DNA of 29,255 bases from a virus (Duplodnaviria > Caudoviricetes), in the IMG/VR virus record IMGVR_UViG_3300021963_000493, positions 1 through 29,255 of that record; one strand, 5' to 3'. Below are positions 1-8,500 of this stretch, in pieces. Every line of letters starts with the position of its first letter. Positions within the stretch are counted from its first letter, which is position 1. The notes beneath the pieces were generated by a model. It was not told where the DNA came from. It saw nothing but the letters and a program-made list of their open reading frames with translations, and searched no databases. The position numbers and the translations under genes are program-made.

Positions 1-12
1 GCGTAATAATTA

Positions 13-807
13 TTATTTGTTCCACCAGTATTCTTGGGGTGGTTTGTCACTAACTGGGGGTTCAAAGCTGGCAAGTTTAATGACTCGGGCTCCGTTTCTT
101 TGGGCGTCTCTATACAGGATGCGAGGGTTTGTGGGTATTTGTTCACGTCGTGCTAAAAGTCTTACAAATTTGTTCAAAGCATCATCTTCAGATGCAGCTT
201 CTATTTTATCGGTGCCTTGGTAATAGCGACGTCCAGTACCAAACGGATTATTAAAAATTACCGTACCAACTTTATAGGTACTTTCGCTCAATGGATCTCC
301 AGCTGTGGTGCTTCCAGCAGGTAAATCACTAGCAGGATTAGCTTCATCCTCTTTAACTTCTTGAGGCTCGTTACCAGCAGCTATAGCTTTAAGGTCTTTT
401 AATGCCCCTTGTCCGCCTTTCCATGAGCTTGGGCCATATATTAAATACTGTTCTTGTTTATCAGGCGCAGCACTAATAGCGGCATCAAAATCAGTAGGCT
501 CAATACCGGCATCTCTTAAGGTATCAGCCATTGCTTTAATTAAATCATCTCCAAGAGGCTGAGACCAATCGTGACTTGTTTTAAGATCTTCAAGATCATT
601 AATAACATCTCGTATAAGTTGCTCTTTATCTACCTCATCTGTAAGAGTTTGTGATGGTGTGGTTTCATCTTGGCCATCAGCATACATTGCTTCTGCAGCA
701 CCATGTTGCTCATCACCTACAATTTGGTTTCCTTGCGCAGTATTAAAAAAGTACTCTTTAAAAGTGCTAATACTCTCGCTTTTACTTTTATGGGGAGTGT
801 ATGGCAT
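13..807 (-). CDS. Acidic hypothetical phage protein, possible internal head protein
   Basis: 264-aa ORF, D/E-rich; STFKEYFF near the N-terminus resembles T4 capsid-targeting sequences (inference). Confidence 0.75.
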   Translation of the reverse strand: MPYTPHKSKSESISTFKEYFFNTAQGNQIVGDEQHGAAEAMYADGQDETTPSQTLTDEVDKEQLIRDVINDLEDLKTSHDWSQPLGDDLIKAMADTLRDAGIEPTDFDAAISAAPDKQEQYLIYGPSSWKGGQGALKDLKAIAAGNEPQEVKEDEANPASDLPAGSTTAGDPLSESTYKVGTVIFNNPFGTGRRYYQGTDKIEAASEDDALNKFVRLLARREQIPTNPRILYRDAQRNGARVIKLASFEPPVSDKPPQEYWWNK

Positions 808-808
808 A

Positions 809-835
809 TTATAGATTCGCGGTTATCCGGGACAT
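809..835 (-). CDS. Candidate 8-aa leader ORF (MSRITANL)
   Basis: ATG 5 nt after TAAGTA (841-846); its TAA ends 1 nt before the ATG at 807. Confidence 0.25.
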   Translation of the reverse strand: MSRITANL

Positions 836-840
836 CTATA

Positions 841-846
841 TACTTA
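841..846 (-). promoter_or_regulatory. Late-type promoter variant TAAGTA
   Basis: One mismatch to the TAAATA box found before other genes; the same variant precedes gp25. Confidence 0.35.
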
Positions 847-869
847 TTCGAATGGTTGTAAGAATAAGT

Positions 870-940
870 GATACGCTTGAGGGTATAATCATTAACAAAC
901 ACCCATTTGTTACACCCTGACCCTACCCCTCAAGCATATC
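870..940 (-). other. 71-nt long imperfect hairpin (possible structured RNA or processing site)
   Basis: On the minus strand GATATGCTTGAGGG pairs with CCCTCAAGCGTATC and inner TAACAAAT with GTTTGTTA; mismatches are mostly G-U wobbles on this strand. Confidence 0.55.
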
Positions 941-944
941 AAAA

Positions 945-1142
945 TTATTTCTTACTAATCTTAGCAACTGCCCCACCACCTAACACTGAAAGCACAAAAA
1001 GAGAAGCAACCCAAGTTGAAACGGTATATGGTATTGCCAACACTGGGAATAAAACATTGAGCGACCACACCAAAGCAAATGGGGCCCATACTAACAATGC
1101 AATAAGAAGTGCTGCGGCTACTATGATTAATAGGTCTTTCAT
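945..1142 (-). CDS. Small membrane protein with 2 predicted TM helices
   Basis: 65-aa hydrophobic ORF with a basic C-terminus. Confidence 0.8.
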   Translation of the reverse strand: MKDLLIIVAAALLIALLVWAPFALVWSLNVLFPVLAIPYTVSTWVASLFVLSVLGGGAVAKISKK

Positions 1143-1149
1143 TTATTAT

Positions 1150-1177
1150 ATTTTATAGTATATTAAGTAAAGATCCA
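1150..1177 (-). promoter_or_regulatory. Possible sigma70-like promoter TGGATC-N16-TAAAAT
   Basis: -10-like box ends 7 nt before the ATG at 1142. Confidence 0.3.
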
Positions 1178-1220
1178 GCATTTACCATAGAAACCCTAGT
1201 AAATATATGAAATAATTTAA

Positions 1221-2714
1221 ATGAGATTTTTAGCATTCTTAGTTCTTATATCCGCTTTGGCTATTGCCGGGTGTGCAGCATATTTTAGTATAGTGGGTCT
1301 CACATTACTTTTTGTAGGTTCAGGAGCATCCATCGTAGTAATGGGCATCGCCCTTGAGGTCGGTAAGTTTATAGCGGTTACTTTTTTAAAGCAAAAATGG
1401 GAGGAGATTGGATTAGCTCTTAAGTTTTATTTAATAACAGCAACGGTAGTATTAATGTTTATTACATCTATCGGCATTTATGGATACTTAAGTGCTGGTT
1501 ATAATGCAACATCAATAAAAGTGCAGGGATATGAGCAACAAGTTGCTAGTAATTTAAAGAGGGTCGACAATCTTAAAGCTGACACTATTAAGATGTTAGA
1601 GGACCCACTTAACCAAAGTGAGATTGAGTTAATTAACACTAATAAAAATAATTTTGTAGCGCAGCAGTTAAAATTAATAGAGCAAAAAGAAACTAAAATA
1701 AAAGAAACCCGTACAAGTAACAATTCTGACAAAAAATCATCTGACGATATGGCTGCAGCTAAGGCTGCTTTAGATGCTGATAAGTTAACCCTTGACTCAG
1801 AGATTAATAAAGAAGTCGAGCAAGTAAAACTCTACAATAATAGACTACAGATACTTGATAAAGAGGTACAGACTTGGTTAGATCAAGGCACTGGAAGCTT
1901 CTTTAAAGAGAATGGGGTTGATAAGGCTCGTATAGTTAAAGGGCAACAAGAAAAAGAAAGAGCTCAGATTGATGCTCAAATAGAAGAGCGGCAAAATAGA
2001 GTTGAAAGCTTAAGAGCTGAATACAAACAACAGGTAGCTAATTACACTACCCGGATCGCTGGGATTGAATCTAGACTTGCTAAGCAAACTGGAGCAATAG
2101 AATTGACTATTAGTTTACTGGAGAAAGAAATTATCGAGGTAAGACAAGGTATTGATATGTACAATAAGAGTGCAGAAGCTTCTGTAAAAGAACAAATTAA
2201 CAAAAAAGAACAAACTGTAAGTAGCAATAAAGTTAAAATTGCTGCAAATGAAGAGTCTATTCAGAAACTCTTAACTATTAATAACGAAATTAAAGAGCAG
2301 ATAATACATACTGATGTTGGTACTTTTAAATTCGTAGCAAACAGTATGGGGCTAACTTTAGACAAGACAGTTACCTATTTTATATGGTCTATAATGTTAG
2401 TGTTTGACCCATTAGCGGTATGCTTAATACTCTGTTTTAATTATCTCATTAAAGACCTTTCAGGTAAAAAAAAACCTAAAGAACCGACTTTAACGATTAT
2501 AGAAACTAAACCTACCCCGAGCCCAACCCCTACTCCAGTACCGGCAATAATAGAACCAGTAAAGCTACCGCCAATTGCAGATGAACCTGCTATACCGCGA
2601 AGAGTGCATGTGGATCAAGTGGCTCGAATGGAAGCTATACTTGAATCTCAGCGAGCGGAAAAGTCTCATCGCAAGCATGGCTCCATCGAAGAAGCTTATA
2701 GTACTGAAAAATAA
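1221..2714 (+). CDS. Membrane protein: 3 N-terminal TM helices, long coiled coil, one further TM and a Pro/Thr-containing tail
   Basis: 497-aa ORF with this hydrophobic/heptad pattern; TAAATA at 1200-1205 upstream. Confidence 0.9.
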   Translation: MRFLAFLVLISALAIAGCAAYFSIVGLTLLFVGSGASIVVMGIALEVGKFIAVTFLKQKWEEIGLALKFYLITATVVLMFITSIGIYGYLSAGYNATSIKVQGYEQQVASNLKRVDNLKADTIKMLEDPLNQSEIELINTNKNNFVAQQLKLIEQKETKIKETRTSNNSDKKSSDDMAAAKAALDADKLTLDSEINKEVEQVKLYNNRLQILDKEVQTWLDQGTGSFFKENGVDKARIVKGQQEKERAQIDAQIEERQNRVESLRAEYKQQVANYTTRIAGIESRLAKQTGAIELTISLLEKEIIEVRQGIDMYNKSAEASVKEQINKKEQTVSSNKVKIAANEESIQKLLTINNEIKEQIIHTDVGTFKFVANSMGLTLDKTVTYFIWSIMLVFDPLAVCLILCFNYLIKDLSGKKKPKEPTLTIIETKPTPSPTPTPVPAIIEPVKLPPIADEPAIPRRVHVDQVARMEAILESQRAEKSHRKHGSIEEAYSTEK

Positions 2715-2715
2715 A

Positions 2716-2801
2716 TGGTGCCCAAGGCCGGACTCGAACCGGCACGTCCTTACGGACAACAGATTTTAAGTCTGTAGTGTATACCATTTCACCACTTGGG
2801 C
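2716..2801 (-). tRNA. trnL: tRNA-Leu (anticodon TAA) with encoded CCA
   Basis: GCCCAAG/CTTGGGC acceptor stem, ACAGA-CTTAAAA-TCTGT anticodon arm, long variable arm, GGTTCGAGTCC T-arm, ACCA 3' end. Confidence 0.97.
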
Positions 2802-2806
2802 GTAAC

Positions 2807-3037
2807 TTAACCTCTAAAACCACATTTACGAATACCTGAACGATGTCCAGGCCGAGCCATATATTGCTTAGCGTTATTAAAACTCTCTCCGGTTAATACC
2901 TGACAGTTACCTCCCGTTTTATGATCCCAGACCATAACCCCGAAACGGTTAAGCTCTTTCTCTCTAGGAACGTAATTAGGGTCTGCTAGAATCCCCATTT
3001 CAATTAATCTTTGAGTTCTGGCGTCAATAGTATACAT
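2807..3037 (-). CDS. Hypothetical protein
   Basis: ORF; ATG at 3037 lies 1 nt after the upstream stop (track start 3049). Confidence 0.7.
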   Translation of the reverse strand: MYTIDARTQRLIEMGILADPNYVPREKELNRFGVMVWDHKTGGNCQVLTGESFNNAKQYMARPGHRSGIRKCGFRG

Positions 3038-3038
3038 A

Positions 3039-3284
3039 TTAAATAGCAATTTTATGATATAAATCTATTACAGCTGCAACATCAATCTGCTCAAAGAATT
3101 CCTTAATATACTCTTTGGTATCATCCTCACCCATAGCAACATGATTAATACTATATGCAAACTCTCCATCATGGTTAAAGGGTACCCCAAAATGATCTCT
3201 AAGCAATTCATATCCGGTTTTATGTAAAGGCTGGCTACGAACGTACTCGTTAATATACTCTTTCATCGAAGCGATAGTTTGCAT
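3039..3284 (-). CDS. Hypothetical protein
   Basis: 81-aa ORF downstream of a promoter-like element. Confidence 0.8.
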   Translation of the reverse strand: MQTIASMKEYINEYVRSQPLHKTGYELLRDHFGVPFNHDGEFAYSINHVAMGEDDTKEYIKEFFEQIDVAAVIDLYHKIAI

Positions 3285-3326
3285 GAATTATTTTATCTTA
3301 TTAGTTTTTAATTGAGTTACAGGTAT

Positions 3327-3354
3327 ATTATGCGCTTTACTCTCAATAAAGCAA
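3327..3354 (-). promoter_or_regulatory. Sigma70-like early promoter TTGCTT-N16-CATAAT
   Basis: Intergenic, directly after a terminator, upstream of two small genes and the tRNA. Confidence 0.5.
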
Positions 3355-3355
3355 C

Positions 3356-3388
3356 AAAAAAATACCCTAAATGTTACTTTAGGGTATT
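3356..3388 (-). terminator. Intrinsic terminator
   Basis: Perfect 11-bp stem AATACCCTAAA/TTTAGGGTATT, 6-nt loop, T-run follows on the minus strand. Confidence 0.8.
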
Positions 3389-3414
3389 AAGATTATGGGT
3401 AACTTAACTTTGAG

Positions 3415-3597
3415 TTATTCGTTACCAGGACCAGGCTGTGTACCTTGACGGTTAAGCGGGTCAACTGCGCCATTACCAACAATCGATGGATCGACTTTAG
3501 CGGTAGATTGACTCTGGCTGGAACCAGTTTTCTTAGACTTCTTATAAAAGTAGTAGCCGAGGCCACCAACTACGAGGAGGATTAATATTAGTTTCAT
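3415..3597 (-). CDS. Small protein with an N-terminal membrane anchor
   Basis: 60 aa; MKLILILLVVGGLGYYFYKK then a polar tail; TAAATA 7 nt upstream (3605-3610, overlapping the upstream stop). Confidence 0.8.
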   Translation of the reverse strand: MKLILILLVVGGLGYYFYKKSKKTGSSQSQSTAKVDPSIVGNGAVDPLNRQGTQPGPGNE

Positions 3598-3607
3598 ACC
3601 CGTATAT

Positions 3608-4036
3608 TTACTTAATTACTGCTACAGGCCACACGTATTCTAAATTATTAGGTACATCAGGCCATAAAGGACTATAATGCTCCGGATACTTCCGTATTAA
3701 GTTTGATTTGTGACTGAGGTGTATGTCTTTGTTATCGATCCATAAAGGAAGCGTAGAACCCTTGTTAAAATGGTAGTGAGCGGTAATTTTACCAAAGCAA
3801 GTATCTTTATATCCTCGAGAAATCCATTCATTACAAATAGCCTGACCGTACATTACTAATGTATTTTCATGCCCCCGCCACATCTCGCGGCACGGATGAT
3901 TTTTCCAACCTTTATAGTCAGGTCTACTAAAAGAGTTAAGAAGCTGAAGTACCTCAACTCGCTGCTTACCGAGACGTCTATAATCTAAACACCGTGCAGA
4001 TTCTTTAAAATCTTGATATGGTAAAAAAGTTTGCAT
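3608..4036 (-). CDS. denV: Pyrimidine-dimer DNA glycosylase / endonuclease V-like protein (MSMEG_6728-type)
   Basis: MQTFLP...LDYRRLGKQRVE...WKNHP..MW.G...H.SHKSNLIRK.P..Y...WP...Y.WP motifs. Confidence 0.85.
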   Translation of the reverse strand: MQTFLPYQDFKESARCLDYRRLGKQRVEVLQLLNSFSRPDYKGWKNHPCREMWRGHENTLVMYGQAICNEWISRGYKDTCFGKITAHYHFNKGSTLPLWIDNKDIHLSHKSNLIRKYPEHYSPLWPDVPNNLEYVWPVAVIK

Positions 4037-4067
4037 AATATATCGAAATTAAATAAAATAAATATTT

Positions 4068-4412
4068 TTACAATGGAAACACATCAGGGTTCATTTTATG
4101 CAAACGCGCTTGCAGATCAAGTTTAGCTTGACCGTCATGTACGTCTCGAATCCAATTAACGTATTTATAAAGGTGTTGCTCGGCTTCTTTAAACGTATCA
4201 AATGCAAAGTATCCACACTCTGGTAATGGAACACTCGGGTAGCTAGTATCTACAGATGCGCCCATGACGGCCTTAAACTTACCATCATCTAATCGACGGA
4301 TAGTAAGGTAACAATAACGATATTGACCGCGTTCCCATACCCCGTTTTTATCATTACCTAGCCACTTATTAGGCTGCTCAACAATCGGGAGTCTAGCGAT
4401 GCTACGTTTCAT
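4068..4412 (-). CDS. Hypothetical protein
   Basis: ORF; ATG at 4412 preferred because it lies 6 nt after a -10 box (track start 4433 falls inside the promoter). Confidence 0.8.
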   Translation of the reverse strand: MKRSIARLPIVEQPNKWLGNDKNGVWERGQYRYCYLTIRRLDDGKFKAVMGASVDTSYPSVPLPECGYFAFDTFKEAEQHLYKYVNWIRDVHDGQAKLDLQARLHKMNPDVFPL

Positions 4413-4418
4413 ACCAAT

Positions 4419-4447
4419 ATAGTAACAGCCCACCCTAAGCAGGTCAA
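4419..4447 (-). promoter_or_regulatory. Sigma70-like promoter TTGACC-N17-TACTAT with extended -10 TG
   Basis: Near-consensus boxes and spacing; predicts a leaderless transcript starting at about 4412. Confidence 0.65.
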
Positions 4448-4472
4448 GTAAAATCTACCCTGTTAAATAATT

Positions 4473-4724
4473 TTAAGCAGGTACGGAGCCAAACGCTACT
4501 CTCTTACCGCGGAACGTAGTGATAATCCAAGTAATATTAGTTGCGCCCGAAAGAGAGCGTAGTGCTGGAATATTCGGATTTACATCTCGGCCGTTCTGAG
4601 TGAAGTTCTCGGCATCTGCAACTAGATAATAAACTCCAGTGTAAATGTCAGCTCCATCGGTATAGAGAGCTTTCTGCTCGGTAGCAGTTAGCTCGTTGAC
4701 GTTACCAATTAAGGTTATGTTCAT
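4473..4724 (-). CDS. Hypothetical protein
   Basis: 83-aa ORF starting 3 nt after the upstream stop. Confidence 0.75.
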   Translation of the reverse strand: MNITLIGNVNELTATEQKALYTDGADIYTGVYYLVADAENFTQNGRDVNPNIPALRSLSGATNITWIITTFRGKRVAFGSVPA

Positions 4725-4727
4725 ATT

Positions 4728-4997
4728 TCAATCGTATTCAATTAAGTCCCAATCATTAAGTGATGAGAGGTTAGTATCAGGCATCTTGTGATGCTCGAAA
4801 CATATATTTATATTTTCATCACACTGTTCTAGCCACTCTTTAAACTTTTCCGGCAAATCGTTTTTGTACATCTTTAAGGTCGCAGATGGAATTCGATAAT
4901 CCCCGCTATCCACTAAACCAAGTAAGGCGTACACAGCATCAATTTGCGCGCTTGTGTATTGTAATTGAAACGCTACGGACTTAAACGATATATCCAT
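4728..4997 (-). CDS. Hypothetical protein
   Basis: 89-aa acidic ORF. Confidence 0.75.
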   Translation of the reverse strand: MDISFKSVAFQLQYTSAQIDAVYALLGLVDSGDYRIPSATLKMYKNDLPEKFKEWLEQCDENINICFEHHKMPDTNLSSLNDWDLIEYD

Positions 4998-5002
4998 AAT
5001 GG

Positions 5003-5039
5003 AAAAAAAGGACCTAGTATAGTTTTGTATACTAGGTCC
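5003..5039 (-). terminator. Intrinsic terminator
   Basis: 12-bp stem GGACCTAGTATA/TATACTAGGTCC followed by T7 on the minus strand. Confidence 0.85.
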
Positions 5040-5048
5040 CTTGATAGT

Positions 5049-5273
5049 TTAACGAGCTTGACGAACCTTAGCCCAGCGGCCCTTGACATCACGCACATTA
5101 TAGAAGCGTGGCTCAAGAACTACTTGGCTAGTGCGATTAATGAAACCAAGCACATTGTACTTGGTAGCACTAAAACGACGACGAACAGCAGACATACGCT
5201 GTTCAACGCTTTCATCACCTAACGTGCGAGTTGTAATATCACGCACGATTGCATTTTCCATTATAGTATTCAT
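5049..5273 (-). CDS. Small basic (Arg-rich) hypothetical protein
   Basis: ORF between a promoter and a terminator; the track start at 5285 abuts the -10 box, so 5273 is preferred. Confidence 0.75.
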   Translation of the reverse strand: MNTIMENAIVRDITTRTLGDESVEQRMSAVRRRFSATKYNVLGFINRTSQVVLEPRFYNVRDVKGRWAKVRQAR

Positions 5274-5285
5274 ATTTACCTGCAT

Positions 5286-5313
5286 ATTATAATAGAGGTT
5301 CTAATTATTTCTA
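5286..5313 (-). promoter_or_regulatory. Sigma70-like promoter TAGAAA-N16-TATAAT
   Basis: Perfect -10 box in a divergent intergenic region. Confidence 0.5.
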
Positions 5314-5364
5314 CTTGCTTTACTAAGATTACACATAAATATTTGCAATATCCCATAATCCAGC

Positions 5365-5583
5365 ATGAATACTCTTTATATCGCTACTCTAGGTGTATAC
5401 GATGAAAACACTACAGAACAGATTAATTTAAAGGAAATTGGTATACAGGCTAAAGATGAGTACGAGGCGCATAAAAAAGCAATGTTTAAATGCAACGTGC
5501 AGGATAACCAATTGGTAATAAGAATAATAGAGGCAAGTACCCGCACTCTTAAGTTTGACTTTCAGAAGGGATTTAACCCTTAA
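5365..5583 (+). CDS. Hypothetical protein
   Basis: 72-aa ORF; TAAATA at 5336-5341; its stop shares a TTAA with the convergent gene. Confidence 0.75.
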   Translation: MNTLYIATLGVYDENTTEQINLKEIGIQAKDEYEAHKKAMFKCNVQDNQLVIRIIEASTRTLKFDFQKGFNP

Positions 5584-8500
5584 AGGTCGTTATTCGGTTG
5601 AGGTAATGTCCGGTTAACTCGTGGCGATATAAGCGCAAGCATATTGTTCTGTAAAGCATAGATATTAGTTAATGCTCTATTAATAACCGTAGAGGTTACA
5701 AACTCGTTACTGTGTATGAAAAAGTTTTGATCTACACTAAAAGGTACTACAAGATCAATACCACTTAACCCAACCACTGTAAAGCTTGACGCACCTCCGT
5801 CAGTATTAATTAAATTGCCATTACGATCAAGATTGATATTGTATTTATATTTTATTGCTTTATAAAGTATTTCGTGATTTTGTAATAAACGCATTATACT
5901 CTTATTATAAACCCAATCCTGTATAAATTCATTTGGGTTAATATTAATACTTGAAAGTGGCAGAATTAAACTGTTTATTGAGTCTACATCAAACAAATCT
6001 AATGTTTCGGGTATGTCTACATATTTAAAGATACGTTTATCAGCGCATACATAAAAGTTAAGTCTATCATCAATATAACCAGTAGCAATATTTTCTGATG
6101 TTCCTAGGCTATTGCTAGACTTACTTGGGTTAGTTATTCGATTTAAAGCTGTACCACTCGTAAGATACTTGTAAATGTTATCTTTAGTAATAAAATATAA
6201 AAACACCCCGGTCGGATCAATTACCATTTTGTTGATAACAGTATCTGATTTTATATTATAAGCTGCGTTTACATACTCTAAATTATTAGGCACATCAAAC
6301 GAATTAACTAGCTCCCCTACAGGATTAATTACAAATACCTTGTACGGACTTGCAAGATAGTAATTGTTAGGGGTAGGTACACTATTAGAGAGGTCTGAAT
6401 TAAAATTGTTGTTACCAAGTGCCTGTATTTTAAAATCTGTATACTTGGCCCCAGAGGCAGCTAAATAAGTTACTGTGGGGGTTGCGCTATATGCAGCGCT
6501 TAGCATTACCGCACTAGTTAGCTGTACATAGCTTTGTGCGCCAGATAAAAGACCATACAACGCAAATGCTGATAATACATTAGTAGTATTGTCTTTAAGT
6601 CTTAACCCATCGTGTACGAATATAACACGATAAACTGTTGTGTCTACGTTCACCACTCCAATAGCGCTCAACGAGGTAATGACGGGCGGCACCGGCGCAA
6701 ATGTTTTACCAAGTATATATACGTTTTCATCCGCTCTATTAATTTCAATACGCTCAGCACTATAACTACTTAACGCATCTACATATAAAGTTTTAACCCA
6801 GCTCAACGCAGCATTATAAACTTTAACACAGCTATTATTACTATCACTAACATAAACTAAATCATCATACGCTTTAATTTCAGTGGGGGTATTAAAACCT
6901 GTATTAAATGTACGGGTACCAGACACGCCACCTACCTGACTAACCGCAATTAATGTAGAGGTGGAGGGATTGTCAGGCACAATAGAAACTGATGCTCTAT
7001 AAATGGTGTCAGTGTCTAATATATACAATTGATTATTAAGAACATCAATTGCGCTAATACAATTAAACGAAGGAATATTACTACCGAGACTAGTTGCACT
7101 TAGCACAAGGGTATGGCGCCAGTCATTAGTACGCATTTGTATATGATCAGACGGTACGATACCTGATGAGCTAAACGCAATATAGTTATAATAATCTGGC
7201 GCTGAATTATTAGTAAACTGATAAGATTTAAAGTCTTTTATATTACCATCTGCAATACCGACAGCGCTAATGTTATCAAACGTGTTTTCCCAATTTAACC
7301 CATCAATATTGGTTCTCCACGAGTACGCCGAGGTATTGCTTACAAGTATACTATCGTTATTAACTAACTGCGCAGTCCATTCAATTAAAGAAAGTTCATT
7401 ATTAAGTTTAAGTACTTGGGCAATATTGCTGAGGTAATTAAAGTTATCATTTAATTTACTAAAAGAACTATTAATGACATCGCTTACCGCCCATTCATTT
7501 GACCCAACAAGCACATTATTTAAGCTATAAGGTAGTGTTGGTATTTGCGTGACTGGATCAAAATAATTATCAATATTATACGTCGGTAGGGTATTCTTTA
7601 TATATAACCTGTTAGAGAGTGTGCGAGGTAATACAGTAAATCCAGCAGTTGAATTAGCAATAACAGTGTAATAAGAATTCCCAGGAGCTGCGGAAAGATA
7701 TGTGTATAGTAAAAAGTTTTCTTTGTCACCACTTGCTATATAAGAAGATGATAATGCTCCATTTGCAGAATAAAATATATTATACCCAGTTACCTTGTCA
7801 CTAATTGGGTATATACTTTCAACCCAGATCGGAGATCCGGTTAAAGCTACAACCCAAGGGGTATAAATTGATAATTGAGCGGGTATGGGGGAAGGGGGGG
7901 GGGTAGGAGTAACAGTAGGGGTAGGGGTAACAGTAGGAGTAACAGTAGGGGTAGGGGTAACAGTAGGGGTTGGAGCCGGGGATGTACCAGGGGTAGGAGT
8001 AACTGTTGGAGTGGGCGTCGGAGTAGGAGATACTCCGGGGATTAGTTTTCCAACCGGTGTAATGCTTTGTGCATAAGCCGGCATTGTAATACTACCATAT
8101 GATGTTTGGCCTATTGTAGATTGGGAGACAATAGTTATTGTTGGAGTTGTTGACCAATAATCTAATTGATACCCAGCAGCAAATGTTGCGCTAAAGTTAC
8201 GGGTCTGACCGGCAGGATAATTACCGGTACCGGTCGTAGTTGTTACTCCTAGCTGTCCACCATTAATAGATAAAAGAAACCCAGGAGTAGACGATGAGGG
8301 GGTTACCGTAGGAGTTACCGTAGGGGTAGGTGTAGGGGTCGGGGTTACTGTCGGAGTAGGAGTCAGGGTAGGCGTTACAGTGGGCGTGGGGGTTACTGTC
8401 GGGGTAGGGGTAGGAGTGGGCGATGGGGTACAGTCAGAAACATATGACCAAGAACCAGTACCTGCGGATGATGGAGGTGTACCACCACTATCGTTTGTAC

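Noticed and set aside
870-940. Hairpin as SRP RNA or intrinsic terminator
   Set aside because: Has GTCAGG but lacks the GNRA loop and AGCAG of SRP domain IV; no U-tract follows in either orientation
1207-1215. ATG-AAA-TAA micro-ORF before the 497-aa gene as a third uORF
   Set aside because: Starts only 1 nt after TAAATA, probably upstream of the transcription start
2716-2801. tRNA as a prophage attachment site
   Set aside because: No integrase, no duplicated tRNA 3' end seen, and phage-like genes lie on both sides
2565-2823. Three 62-64 aa ORFs overlapping the tRNA
   Set aside because: Explained by the tRNA and the end of the 497-aa gene
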